From Basidiobolus meristosporus CBS 931.73 (Eukaryota > Fungi > Basidiobolomycota): a stretch of 64,000 nt of DNA. A model generated the notes under the pieces. That model worked only from the letters and a program-made list of their open reading frames with translations. It was not told the origin of the DNA and did not search any database. This document shows, piece by piece, positions 10,799-22,686 of this stretch (within the stretch, counting starts at the first letter, position 1; each line of letters starts with the position of its first letter). A program made the translations under genes and the position numbers. The stretch covers positions 1-64,000 of the forward strand of contig MCFE01000479.1 of NCBI GenBank assembly GCA_002104905.1. The letters run 5' to 3'.

Positions 10799-12800
10799 AT
10801 GCCGCCAAAAAATAAAGCAAAGTTGTCTGGTTCTCAACCAAACCCCACTGCTGACGGCAACAGAAGAACGGTTGGAAAACAGCTTGCTTTGACATTCAGT
10901 GCAACAAGCAGGGCTACATCCAAAAAAGGCCCTGTGGACAGTGTGCCCATTAATGGTAATAATGCGGACTCCTCAGGCTCTCAGTCAAGTAGGCAATTGA
11001 GAACCTCTGCAGAGCCACAAGCTGACCATTATGCTCAGGCAGATGAGAATGTAGCAAATGCAGTATCCTCTGTTGAAGATTGGCAAGTGGCCATGATAAC
11101 ATCACCACCACCCGTATTAGCAAGTATGTTGTCAGCTCATACCAAAGTATTAATGAAGCAATTAGGTGCAGTGGCTGATAGGATAGATGCAATGGCCCAG
11201 AGAAATCAGGAAGTAGTCCAGAAACAGGATGAGCGGATAATACATGTAGAGCAATCAATATCCCAGGTAGGGAAAGCAGTATCTTTGCTACAAAGAAGGA
11301 ACTCAAGTAGCTCAATGTCACAGCCAAAAATTGAGCCATTTCCCAATATAACAGCAGAGGAACACCGTACAATCTTTGAAGCACAACAACAGTGCCCAAA
11401 GATAAAGCCCACAGAAAAACCTATCACAGCATGGGAGGGAGACAATGTAGTGTTTATACCAAAGCCTAAAGATCAAAAGATATTGACAATCCATGAAGCT
11501 GTTGAGTGCAATAATGAAGAGTGGGCTAACATACAAGAGGCCGTCATAAGTCTAGTATGCATCACCTTAAGGCCAGCATACCATGGGACCATCAGGAACT
11601 CAAGGCCAAGCAGAATGCACTTGACTTGTTCCATGAGCATTATCCTAGATTCAAATGGGCAAACAGATTTTGGGCCAGCATTTGTATGCTAAGAAAGTAT
11701 CTTAAGAGTAGCAGAAACTATCAAAGGCAGAAGAACAAGGGTGCCATGGCTAAAAACCAGCAGCTTCCTCAAGAGCCTGTTACAAGCAGGGGCAAAAGCT
11801 CCAGACAAGCATCAAAGTGACGTCAGGCAGCTGGAAGAGTGCCAATTTAGGACAAGCAGGCAGATATGGATGCACCAGCACAGCACTCATCAAGGAAAAA
11901 GCGTAGTACTACTCAAGAAGCACCCAGTCAAAGTAGCAGTAAAGGACCTGGCAGTGACAAAAACCAGCCGCTTTACAGGAGCCTGTTACACCTACGGTTG
12001 AGAGCTCAAAACAAGCTGAAAATAAATGTCAGGTTGCCAGAAGAGTGCCAGCAAGGGACAAGCAGGCCAAAACAGATGCATCAGAGCAGAGCTTATCCAG
12101 GAGAAAATGTAGTTCTTTACAAGAAGCACTCAGACAAAGTAGCAGTGAAAGACCTGGCAGTGATAAGGGAAAAAGTAAAGGGAAAAATGTCTACCCAAGC
12201 CTGAGACAGGGAGGCATGCAAAAAAAACTGCAGTTCTCACCAATTAACGCCACAAGCCAGGAACAGACTGAATCCCATCATAGCCAAGAAGAATTACCAG
12301 CAAGAAAACAGCTGTTTTCACAAGAGTTGGAAGTGCAGCCAGGTGAGCTACACTCCAGCAAGGTAGATGAGTTTGCTGAAAAAGGCAATTTGACTACCAC
12401 AGCCTCTACAGCCTCCATTGTTGACAGAGTGGAGATCCCACTGACAGACAAGGCTACAATATCAAGAGCTCAAAAGACTATCACAATGCCTTCAGTGGAG
12501 TTTTGGAACATCAATAGGCACACCAAGAGGTTGCAGCACTTCTTCAAGAGCAGTGCTCAAGAAAACGCACTGTAATACTGCAAGGATTTAGCAAAGACTG
12601 GCAGATGAGGAGCTAGACCTTGCAGTGCTGGCTGAAGACCAGGATGTGTGGGAACCAGTGAATGAACAGTGGCATAAAGCCACTGGGTTCCGCCAAAGTT
12701 GTGGAACCAGAGCGTTACAGCAGAAATACTTATTGAGTGGTGGATTTTAATGGAGTTACTTGTTGAGTGTGGGGTTGGGCTTAATGTTAGTGTAGGGTAT
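10799..12800 (+). pseudogene. Accessory ORF2 of the CACTA-like element (coiled coil, conserved helical block, internal repeats), frameshifted
   Basis: Overlapping ORFs 10799-11692, 11557-11820, 11866-12204 and 12045-12575 read as one protein across frameshifts. The C-terminus MPSVEFWNINRH... is shared with copy C (13457-13837). End position is approximate. Confidence 0.65.
11752..12165 (+). repeat. Two degenerate tandem copies of a ~207-bp unit within ORF2
   Basis: AAAAACCAG..GAGCCTGTTACA occurs at 11752 and 11959. GACCTGGCAGTGA occurs at 11945 and 12151. Confidence 0.8.
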
Positions 12801-13194
12801 AGAGACTTGTATAGGTCAATACAATTGGAAATTGAGGTACAACTGAAGTTTCAATGGAAATAAATCAATTTGTACACATGGAAAGTAAGAGAAACAGTTG
12901 AGTCAGGAAGTAAGGAGTGTGAAAAAGAGGCAATAGCCAGTCAATTCACACAAACATAGGAGGCAATAGAGTGTCCGGGATCAGAAAGTGAGCAAATTGG
13001 CAGGGAACCAATCAAAAGCCACTTATACATTGTTGTGATGAAAAATTTTGACAAAGTTTTTTGTGAAATCTGGGGTGCAATTATTTTTCAACAGTCTCTG
13101 GATGGTGTCCTGACAAGATCAGTACCTCTTAGTCATGGGACATTAACTTTGTGACAGCCTTTTGAAGGGATCATCTCAATAACTTTTCATAGGG

Positions 13195-14163
13195 AAAGCT
13201 ACAGTCCTTATGGATTAATGCCATAAGCCTAGAACAGGCTGAGTTCCATGACAGTCCAGAAGAATTGCCAACAAGACATCAGAAGTTATCACAACTGTTG
13301 GAAGTACAGTCAGTTGAGCTACACTCCAGTGTGGTAGATGGGCTTGCAGAGAATGGCAGTTTGTCTACAACTACCCCTACATCCTTTATTGAAGACAGAG
13401 TGAAGATCCCACTGACAGACAAAGCAACAATGTAAAGTACTCCAAAGACTATTACAATGCCTGCTGTGGAATTTTGGAACATTAATAGGCACATCAAGAT
13501 GTTGCAGCACATCTTCAAGAGCAGTGCTCAAGAAAACACACCTGAATATTGCAAGGACTTATTTCAAAGACTGACAGATGAATTGCTAGACCTTGCTGTG
13601 CTGGCTGAAGACCAGGATGTATGGGAACCAGTGAGTGAACAATGGCCTAAAACCATAGGGCTCCCACTAAAGTCATGGAAAAAGGGTGTTTCAGCAGAAA
13701 TTCTTATTGAATGGTGGATTCAATGGAGTTACTTGTTGAGTATGGAGGAAGACTTAATGTTAGTCTTGGGTATAGGGACTTGTATAGGTCAGTACAATTG
13801 GCAACTGAGTTACAGCAGAAGTTTCAGCAGAAATTAGCCAATATGTATTCATGAAAAGTAAAAATATTGTTTGAGTCAGGAAGTAAGTAGTGTAGAAACA
13901 GATTAATAGCTAATCAATGTACACAAATGTAGGTGGTAATTAGGGTCTGGGATCAGAAAGTGAGAAAATTGGCAGAGAACCAATTAAACGCCACTTATGT
14001 ATTGTTGTGATGAAAAGCTTTGACCAAGTTTTTTGTGAAATCTGAGGTGCAATTTTTTTAATGATCATTGCATAGTGTACTGACAGGATCAATACCTCTT
14101 AGTCATGGGATTTAAATTTTGTGACAGCCTTTTGATGGGATCATTTCAATTTTTTTCATAGGG
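13195..14163 (+). mobile_element. Right part of host copy C (ORF2 C-terminus and right terminus)
   Basis: Diverged direct repeat of about 12225-13194. It ends TTTTCATAGGG at 14163 and retains ORF 13457-13837. Confidence 0.88.
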
Positions 14164-15530
14164 TAAATTACTTATAACTCAAAATGGAGGGAGAGCACCA
14201 ATTGAATATCAGCAAAATGTAATATGAAATCCAAGTATGAGATTTTTTATATCAATATTATCCCATACTTCAGTAATGATGCTGTTACAATGCATGATGT
14301 TTGCTGACTAATAGATCTATATGTGCCATTGCACCCTGGCCTACTTATATGCTCATGGCAATAGGAAATGCTGTATCCAAGAGAAAAGTGTAATAAAACT
14401 CTTGAATGGTTTAACTGAACCTAGGGGACTACTAAATGCAGAGTCTTAGAATTGTCAGAGAGTGGTATATAGCTGGGTTTGGCTAAAAAGGCAACAGAGT
14501 TGGTTGGCTATGCAGGCTAGGCTTGGTATTCATGGAAGTGCTAGATATGCTAGGCTTGGGTAGAAACCAGAATGTAATTGTTGAGTTCTCACTTTTGCTG
14601 AGACACAATCTTAATTTTGTTGAGACACACACTAAACCAAAAGGTTCAGTACACTTAATTTATACTTTTCTGATCAAGTTGAATTAGTGAGTGCCAATAG
14701 ACTGGATTAATGGAAATCAGTTTTGATGTGGATAGGTGCATAAGATAAATGAAAATTGCATCATCAATCAGTTGATGTCTTAGCAACTGCCATGCGGTTG
14801 GATAGATCTCAGATGACTAATCACTTGGAAAGGCTTAGCAGATCAGTTGAGGACATAAAGACCACATGAAAATTGATCAGGTGTGACAGCTAAAAATAGA
14901 TTCTGAGAAGTGATAAAATAAACCATAACTGGGATTAGTTATGTTTGGGTTAGGGAAAATCAGTTAGGGTACTAGATTTTCTAATGGAGTAAAATTGGCC
15001 AAGTTTTCAATGTTGCTGCACAACAGGGAACTTAGACTTGTGGATTTATTGTATGCTTTATGTAGTCAATGTTCAGAGGATTTTGGGAAATCTTCAGGGA
15101 AGTTGGATGTGAAGTTTGAGTGTTTGGGTGCTTCAAAAGTTTGGTAACTTGTATTCTCACTCTTTACAGGGATATGCATTGGCTGGTTATTTACTAACCC
15201 CCAGAACCAATCATGAAATCATACAAGATGCCAAACTAATAACTTGCAACCAAACCATACATCCTGCCAGGTGCCCCGAAATGCTATCAGACACCTGTCC
15301 TAGTCACTTAAATGGAGAGTGGCACAAGATGCACAGAGTTGAAAGCCATTTCCCACTTTCACAGAACTTTGCAAAACTCATGAAACAAATTTGCTGGGGA
15401 AAGTTGAGAATTTGGGATCCTTTGGACCGCTGGAATTTACCAGGGCAGAAATCACCAGCACTTATGGTCCAGGGTGTGTACTAATAGAGTAACTGAACCT
15501 TTTTCCTGGACATCTGTATTGCTGCGTCGG
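14164..15530. other. Unidentified CpG-poor, AT-rich sequence, possibly a decayed repeat
   Basis: Composition matches the transposon block, but no recognisable ORF or termini were found. Confidence 0.3.
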
Positions 15531-17596
15531 AATTTAGTTGGAATGGAGCCTTCACTTCTGGGGATTACTAGAAGATCCCATACATTCTATTTGATCTCCG
15601 GACCTTTTCACTTACCTCTTTAACACTAGTCGATTAGATTGCCTAACCAATGAATATTTATGTTGACAACCTACAAACCATTCGCAGCATTCATGCGCGC
15701 AATATCCCACCCAACCACTGGCATTCTAGCTGGCTATAAGCACCACGAATGAAAGTGGATTAGGATACCATGGCAAGGCTATGTGTGTACCCAAGTTGGG
15801 AATTTTACTCGGGTATATTGCCAACTCACCACATGTCAGTATCTTGGAAACTCGTTTAGCAAGATCTTTACGTTGATTCACATGGGTATTTCGACTTCAA
15901 TCGAGAGAAGCACCACACGCTCCACTGCTCCACACACAAATCGGTACAAACCAAGCATACGGAGATGGGTACTCTAACTCGGCCTTGTTCGAAAGGCGAG
16001 TTCAGAGAATCGAATCATGTGCTATGATCAGTTCAGAAAAATCAGCTGAGTGGGGACGGTATTGGATATCACTAGTCATCCATTTTTCATATCCACAGGC
16101 TAATGGGATTTATTCTGTGATGAGGGCGTTGAAGCTATCCGACGGGTTTAAGGCTTATATCCTCTAATACACCAGTGATGACCGAACAGCTCAATCGCTG
16201 TGGACGAAATGTGGGGCTCCAAAACCATCAAGAAGTGGCAGGAGATCCGAGTACGTTTCGGAGGATATAGTTGGTTTCGAGGATTTCTCTTGGCACATCC
16301 GCATTCCACACATGTCAAGACAGCTTTCGATGGGTAGATTAATGATTCCACCCTACATCATGTGTTGGGTGTTGAGTGGGTTTGTAACGTTGGTACCCAA
16401 AAACTGATCGGGGAATTTCCCAATAAACCTAGGGGAGATGTGGTGGGAGTGAATTCCCCAAACCATGGGACCACTGTTTGGCTCGTCGTAATCTGGGTCT
16501 ATAGTTCCGCTGGGATCCCTGGATAAGCCAAGCTTTTCACCAAGGAGAGAAGATTGGTAGCTTCCTCCAGCCCCTGGAATCTTACATCATTTTCTATTTC
16601 GGATGCCAGCCATTCGTGGCAAATCGGACTAATTGACTGTAAAGGTTCATGGACATATATGGACCCATTCAGCTGTGTTACTCACACTGCCGTGCCACCG
16701 AAGTCTAAAGCCAGATGGGTGGCATTGGGTGAGCATGACTGAGTGTAAGGGTGAGCCAGCAGCTACAGAATAGTGAATCAACCATACATAAGCAAGAACG
16801 GTGCAACCAGCCTACGGGTCACAATCACAGTTGGCCATACTAGCCAGTATACATTGTGTAATCCAAAGGGGGATCCCGAGAAGCTAACGAATTTCTATCT
16901 GTGGGCCGTAGTAGATAGAGTTCCCTGGACCTTATTAGATACATCAAAACCTTACGTGGTTCCATTGTTACATACGAATCATCGTACTCAGCTGCTTTCC
17001 CAATTTGGACACGCATGATAGTCTGAATACTTGGTGCTCTGGCACCAATCACGCGCCAGCGTCGTCTTTCGGAGAAATCTCGAAGCTTGAGAGGCTTTTT
17101 GTGTGCTAATGAGTTTAGCACAGTTTGGGAGTGAGGTTGGTTGGGATCTTTTCATATATACAGATCCATGCGCCGTTTGCAATACTCCTCTGTGATGTGC
17201 AATGGAGTAGCCAAGACCTCCTTCCAAATAAGGCCACCTCTCCCAAATGAGCCTACCTACCTACGGTGAGCAAAGTATTTCTCATACATACTGGATCTCG
17301 CCTGCTGAACATTCCACTTCCTCCTAGGCCGGCTTAAACTGGTAATCATTTTCCTTTAGTAACGTTACCACCGAGTGGTACTTTTTCCGTTGCATTCCGC
17401 TATTTCATGTGCCCACAATCCACTTCCCATCGTGGAAGTTTCATTGAATCGGCGTTCAAACTACAACATTTCATTTATTCGTTTAATCACTGAAGGTTCA
17501 TTGCCTTTCGCTCACTGGCTTAGCTATTAATTTCTCTGCTATTCATATTATCACTACAGAAAGCTATGTTGGACTGAGGAACTATACATGATGCGC

Positions 17597-19768
17597 TCAA
17601 TACTTTCTTTGTTCTTGGATATGTTGTATCCTAGGCTCTTCTAAGTTATACGCGCGAGATCCCCATTCTGGGTTGGGGTCCTTCACCAGGTTGGCGTGAG
17701 CGTCTCCTACATTGCTGCCAGAGTTGGCCTTCAATTTGGCATTTTCAATGTTGTCCATTAGTTGTTCATCCATCTTCATCATGACTTCTTGCATTTTGAT
17801 GGGGACTTGCTCCTCAATTGCCTTCCTGACTTTGGAGTTAATGATCGGGGACAAGATCTTATACAAGAAGTCTCTCTTGGAATCATGAATATTAAGCTTC
17901 AGATCCTTCGCAACGGTACTAATGTCACGCACTTGATAAACATGGTTGCGACCGGTTACGGGATCCGGGGTGGGAGTGGTGTTCAATGTCATATCCATGG
18001 TGATTCCATCATCAGGCATCAAGAGGTCAACATATCCAACATCAGAAATTTTCGGGAAGGTCTTCTTCTTGTAGTAGAAAGCAATGTCTTTGGCTTCTAC
18101 CTGGATATTTGCAAACTTGATGAACACGTTGTTGTGCAAGTTCTGTTGGCTATTAGGATTAGTGTCAATAACCGTGTCGGTCTTAACGTGCACAAAATCA
18201 GGAGCAATGTTGGTACACTTGAGCACGATATTATCCAAAATCATATCAAACTGCTCATCCGAGTTCTCTATACGGGGCAGTGGTAGATACTCCAACTTCT
18301 TGGCAATGACTGGTATCAATTTGGCGAAATCCTTAACGAGATCATATTTGATGGTGGGTTTACCACTCTCATCAAGGAACATGTCTTTAGTCAAGGTTTC
18401 CAAATCACGAGCGAAAGCCTGTGTGGTACGATCATGTTGAAGCGATTGATTGAATTCGGTTGCTTCATTGCTGATGTTTTGGAAATGGCTGCGATACTTG
18501 CGATCCATGATATTTTGCCCTCTGTCAATGAAACTGCTAGCCTCTTTCTTGTATTCTGGTCTGTCCACAAATTCATTCTCGCGGATTGAGCGGTGGAAGA
18601 AGGCCTTGATATCGTCGATAAACGCCTGGAGTTCATGGTCATTCGCAAATTCATCGGTCAGTTTCTCAATTGCTCGGATCAAAGGGTCCAAGGATTTGTT
18701 GCCTGCGAAGTTTTCGACCAATTGCTTGGCATTGGAGCGGGCAATCGAGATGTCGTCTCCACCAGCTTCGCGTTTGGACTGAGCTGTATCGGCAATCTGC
18801 GACTGGACATTGGAGCCGTGAGACTTCAAGGAACTGGCAATTTCGGAGAGCTCATCAATTGCTTGTTGGAATTCCGGGTTCTTCTGAAGCTCGCGGATTA
18901 CAGCCTTTACACGGTTGATCAAATGATCCTCCTGTTGTGAGGAGAGGCGTACATTCTTTAACCGATTCTGGATACCTTCCTGCATGTCCTGCATTGATCC
19001 TTTGGCAGCGTCTGCGGCAGGCATTTTTCCATCCTCTGCCTGTTCCACATATGGCTTGACAACTTTCTTGGCAGACTCATAGAGTGGTCTACCACTTTGC
19101 TGTAATGTCTCCTGGACTCGTTGGCCCGCTTCATCAGCACTAATCTCTTTGTCGTGAGGTATTCCAGATGAATCAGTATGCTGGGTACCTCCGGTTTTGG
19201 ACAAATTCTGACTCTGCTCTGGGTGTTGCGAGACGTTTCCAGCAACGAGTTCTTGGAAGATGGATGTAATATCGTTCATTAAACGACGGAATTGAGATGA
19301 AGTAACCAACAACCATCCAACTCTGGTGACTTTATCAGCACCTTCAGAAAGTAGGTTCTTTGTCTCATCTGCACTACCAGAGAGCTGCTGCTTCGTCTGC
19401 GAGATTTCGTTGCCGGACTGAGCGGCTTTACCGCCTTGCATTGAATGGTAGATGACGTTTTGCAGATTGTCATCAGCATTTTTCTCGGTAAGCAGTTGCT
19501 TGGTGGAATCTAGGAGTTTCTCAGCATCAGCCATAACTCTTCTTCCTGAGGAGCTCATATTCGAAGAGACGTTGTGAAGGGTGTTGTCCTCTTGCACAGA
19601 CTGGATCGCACCAGTGATCTGGGCGGTTGACGGCATTTTGCCTTCTTGAGCGGCTTGCACCATGTTGACAACATGCTCTTTCTTTTGGAGCACTTCTTGC
19701 TCTTTAGTAGCCGGGCGAGCTGAAGGAACGTTTGTAGAGGTTGGGAGAGTATGTTTGTTGTGGTCCAT
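17597..19768 (-). CDS. HAM1/SPAC32A11.02c-like protein (DUF5923 plus DUF4449, BPI/TULIP-like C-terminus), 723 aa, intronless
   Basis: Long clean ORF. N-terminal GKMPSTAQI, helical middle with LLVTSSQFRRL and NFAGNKSLD, and C-terminal YLPLPRIE..D....LDNIVL and DIAFYYKKKTFPKISDVGYVD, typical of this fungal family. Confidence 0.75.
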   Translation of the reverse strand: MDHNKHTLPTSTNVPSARPATKEQEVLQKKEHVVNMVQAAQEGKMPSTAQITGAIQSVQEDNTLHNVSSNMSSSGRRVMADAEKLLDSTKQLLTEKNADDNLQNVIYHSMQGGKAAQSGNEISQTKQQLSGSADETKNLLSEGADKVTRVGWLLVTSSQFRRLMNDITSIFQELVAGNVSQHPEQSQNLSKTGGTQHTDSSGIPHDKEISADEAGQRVQETLQQSGRPLYESAKKVVKPYVEQAEDGKMPAADAAKGSMQDMQEGIQNRLKNVRLSSQQEDHLINRVKAVIRELQKNPEFQQAIDELSEIASSLKSHGSNVQSQIADTAQSKREAGGDDISIARSNAKQLVENFAGNKSLDPLIRAIEKLTDEFANDHELQAFIDDIKAFFHRSIRENEFVDRPEYKKEASSFIDRGQNIMDRKYRSHFQNISNEATEFNQSLQHDRTTQAFARDLETLTKDMFLDESGKPTIKYDLVKDFAKLIPVIAKKLEYLPLPRIENSDEQFDMILDNIVLKCTNIAPDFVHVKTDTVIDTNPNSQQNLHNNVFIKFANIQVEAKDIAFYYKKKTFPKISDVGYVDLLMPDDGITMDMTLNTTPTPDPVTGRNHVYQVRDISTVAKDLKLNIHDSKRDFLYKILSPIINSKVRKAIEEQVPIKMQEVMMKMDEQLMDNIENAKLKANSGSNVGDAHANLVKDPNPEWGSRAYNLEEPRIQHIQEQRKY

Positions 19769-22686
19769 TTTGAATTGTATGATAGCTAGTCAAGGTACCG
19801 TACAAGAATATATATTGAGAAGTCGACCAAGGTCTGTTGACGTCACCTATGTGACGTGAACAGAACGGAAGACTTGAAGTGCACATAAAGACCTGAATAC
19901 CAATGTTAATTGGTGAGAAAAGCATAAGCAGTTTCACCTTCTTTGAATAGCTAAAGCTATGGATCGTATATTCATTGTATTTGACTGACTGTACACTGCT
20001 GGCAGGATTTAACAGCTAATACGGATATCTCCTAGCTTCGCCCCTGTTTGAAATCCTGTTTGGCAGTGAAGCAGTAGGCTAATGCTGTATACTTCGAACA
20101 CCGATCTTTCTCATCAGCCGGCTCACCGTTTGATCAACTAGCTCAATGTTTAATCACTAGGGCCTCAAAATCCGCCGATCTTAGCTTGTCTTCGATAAAT
20201 ACATTCTTCCATTAATTGGATCAAGTATTTGGACATGTCATTCCCAGTCATCAGATTGCTGAAAGCATCGACATGCAACGTCTGCTAACAAGGGGATGCA
20301 TACGTCATTATTACGTACCTCCTCGAGGCAACGTCGCAATTCAAACTCAGTTTCCAACAAGATGGAAGTCGAACTGAATTGGACAAGTAATGTACTGACG
20401 CTTGGAATTCTACGGCAGAAATCAATTGATTGCGCACTTGCAACCTCAGGTCTGTTCATCCTGTCAAGACGCAACGTATCGTTTGGCATTGTAAGCTGAT
20501 CTACTAACAATAAAGATTGGGTTTGCAAGTCAAACCTCCGATTGACAAATCATCCATCATTACCTCCACTAAACAAACGCGACTATTGGAATTGGTCTAT
20601 CTTTAGACACTTGCCAAGTTTGCTGGAGTGTATCGAATTTATGCCACGATGGCCATCATGACCTGGTTTGTTTTATCGCCAAGCATCTGAAAGCACAGGC
20701 AATCTTACAATCTATTTAAATGGTATATTGTCTGGACCTATTCTGCAGCAACCAGAACCCATATGCTGAAAAGTTCACGTGAACTGCGCCCTCAGAAGCA
20801 TTGCACCAAAGTTCAATTGAGGCTAGCTGCATCCCGTAGGCCATAATGTCCCCCAAGGTTCGGTCTTGTACAACTAGTGCTATAGCAGATGCTTCAGAGG
20901 CTATCTGCTGTCAATAAAAGACAGTAGTAATCAACCCACTTCACATGTAGGCTATCAGAAATGCCTGAGAATCGCTTCACCTTGCACCAGCTATTGAATC
21001 CCGGCCAGTTGCGTCAAAAGTGGATGGGGTCTACTCTGCATTTACCTACATATACCATATGTAGTCGGCAGCAGAGTAGCAAAGTCCACATATCTTGCCC
21101 AGATTTCATCCACAATCAGAAGCGTCAGGAGGTACGTCATGAATGGAGAACATCACTACTCGCACCCCAGGCCAGCCAATAGTAGCGATCACCCCTGGCG
21201 CTATTTCTAGCGCATTCCCCAGATAGGAAACAAGCCCATTCACCTATGCGCTCCTGGCAAATAGCTGCCCTCCATGTATGGATTTTCAAGCCTATAGATT
21301 TATCCAGAGGGAACAATCGGGCTTCATTATTCATTCAACACATAGATTAGGCTCCTTAACCATGGAATTTGGAACCGAGGATATGAGGACTATAGACACG
21401 CAACTTGGTTACGACCTAAGAGATCACTACGCCCCGTGGTTGTCAGCCAATTGGATTATCCTGGTGGCATGCAGTCACTCAGATTGTCTGGGATTTTTAT
21501 GACTGTTTTGTGGAAGCGCGGGCCTTGTACATATCGTTGATTTGGATAGGATCATTACTGGTCGTAATTAACATCGTGTCAATATCCTGAATAATGAAAG
21601 TTGTGAATAATTTTTGTCAAGAGGGCTTACTATTGGCACTCAGAACGACTCCTATATTTCTAGAAACAACAAACAATCTGGATTAGCGTATGCTCGCTCT
21701 ATCCCCGTCGGAGATCTTTGTACCTTCTTTCTGTAGAAAGCTTCCCAGCAGCGGTAAACGTTACTATTTAGCAGGTTAAGGTCTCGTTCGTTGACCGATT
21801 GTATGTTCCTCAAAACATCGTGAGTCGGGATTATTAACGAGCCAGAGTCGGCAGTTCGAACTTCGTTCCTGGTACGATGTTTCAAGCAATATTCGCGACC
21901 CAATATTTGTTTCATCGCAACGGATAACCCCCCATATGCATTTTCACGGAATCCATCCGCCATTCACGGCCACTCTCATTGATAGAACTGCCTCCCAAAC
22001 AACCAGCAATGACGCTAGAAGTCCCGTTAAGATCTCAGAGCCATATGCGATTGGGATGCTCGAGGTACCCTGGCATGTGAGACAAAAGCTGGGATTCTCA
22101 TTAGCGACTATATTTATCACTTGCTTGTAGCAACAGAAAATCCTTCCGCGCATTTAGGGATCTCTCAGAACTGAATTTCGGACATTTGCCCTGCAGCCAA
22201 GTTTACAAATTTGTTCGAATCAAATCTGATATTCTGTCACAACGGCATTAGGGGGTGCTGTAGATTAAAGCTCCATGAATGTATCATTCCGCACTGCTCC
22301 TCATACCATCGATGAGACATCTTGATATATAACTCCATGCAACACCACCCAAACCTTAAGCTGTAATTGAGAGGAATTTATGCACGTTGTAGCTAACTGA
22401 CGGTATATATAGAATCCGGCTTCCTCTAAATCTGTCTACAAACACTCCACTAGCCCCGGCCACTTTTGAAATTCTCTAAATTGGTTGCTCCTCCTGGCGA
22501 CTGGCTTCCACTCCACGTTGTTATCATAGTATAGCGATAGAGGGTCAAACATACGCGTGTTGGTTGTAATCTGGCACTGATTTATAGAAGCGGTATTAAC
22601 ACCTCGTGACCTGCCTGACTGCCATATCATTGAAGCTACACGCCAGCTCCCCATTAAGCAGAGATCTTGAATATTTGAACGCAACC

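Larger units (their letters stand above)
1713..13194 (-). mobile_element. Complete CACTA/EnSpm (CMC)-like DNA transposon, copy B: about 5.7 kb net, transposase (-) plus ORF2 (+), with two nested LTR-retroelement insertions
   Basis: Terminal inverted repeats CCCTATGAAAA (1713-1723) and TTTTCATAGGG (13184-13194). AAA lies on both flanks (1710-1712, 13195-13197). Flanks rejoin into a continuous ORF2-like sequence. Subterminal TGACRR motifs recur at both ends. It encodes a Transposase_21-type protein. Confidence 0.88.

Noticed and set aside
12225-14163. Apparent ~970-bp tandem duplication
   Set aside because: Explained as the right ends of nested copies B and C, each finishing in TTTTCATAGGG. 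It is not a tandem duplication.
15116-15484. 122-aa ORF at the edge of the CpG-poor block
   Set aside because: Non-ATG start and no transposon or host motif.
16160-16230. Hammerhead-like core (TGATGA...GGACGAAA)
   Set aside because: The first core base is G rather than C, the stem II closing pair fails, and no stems I and III could be formed with a cleavage triplet.
17762-18940. Several 80-170 aa plus-strand ORFs
   Set aside because: Antisense shadows of the 723-aa gene. The same applies to ORFs opposite the oxidase, ADH and GTPase genes.
20000-20068. Imperfect hairpin (CAGGATTT-AACAG...CTGTT-AAATCCTG)
   Set aside because: Short arms, a single occurrence and no duplication or family context, so compatible with chance.
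21652-22153. Overlapping 69-103 aa ORFs on the minus strand
   Set aside because: No recognisable motifs or convincing splice structure.
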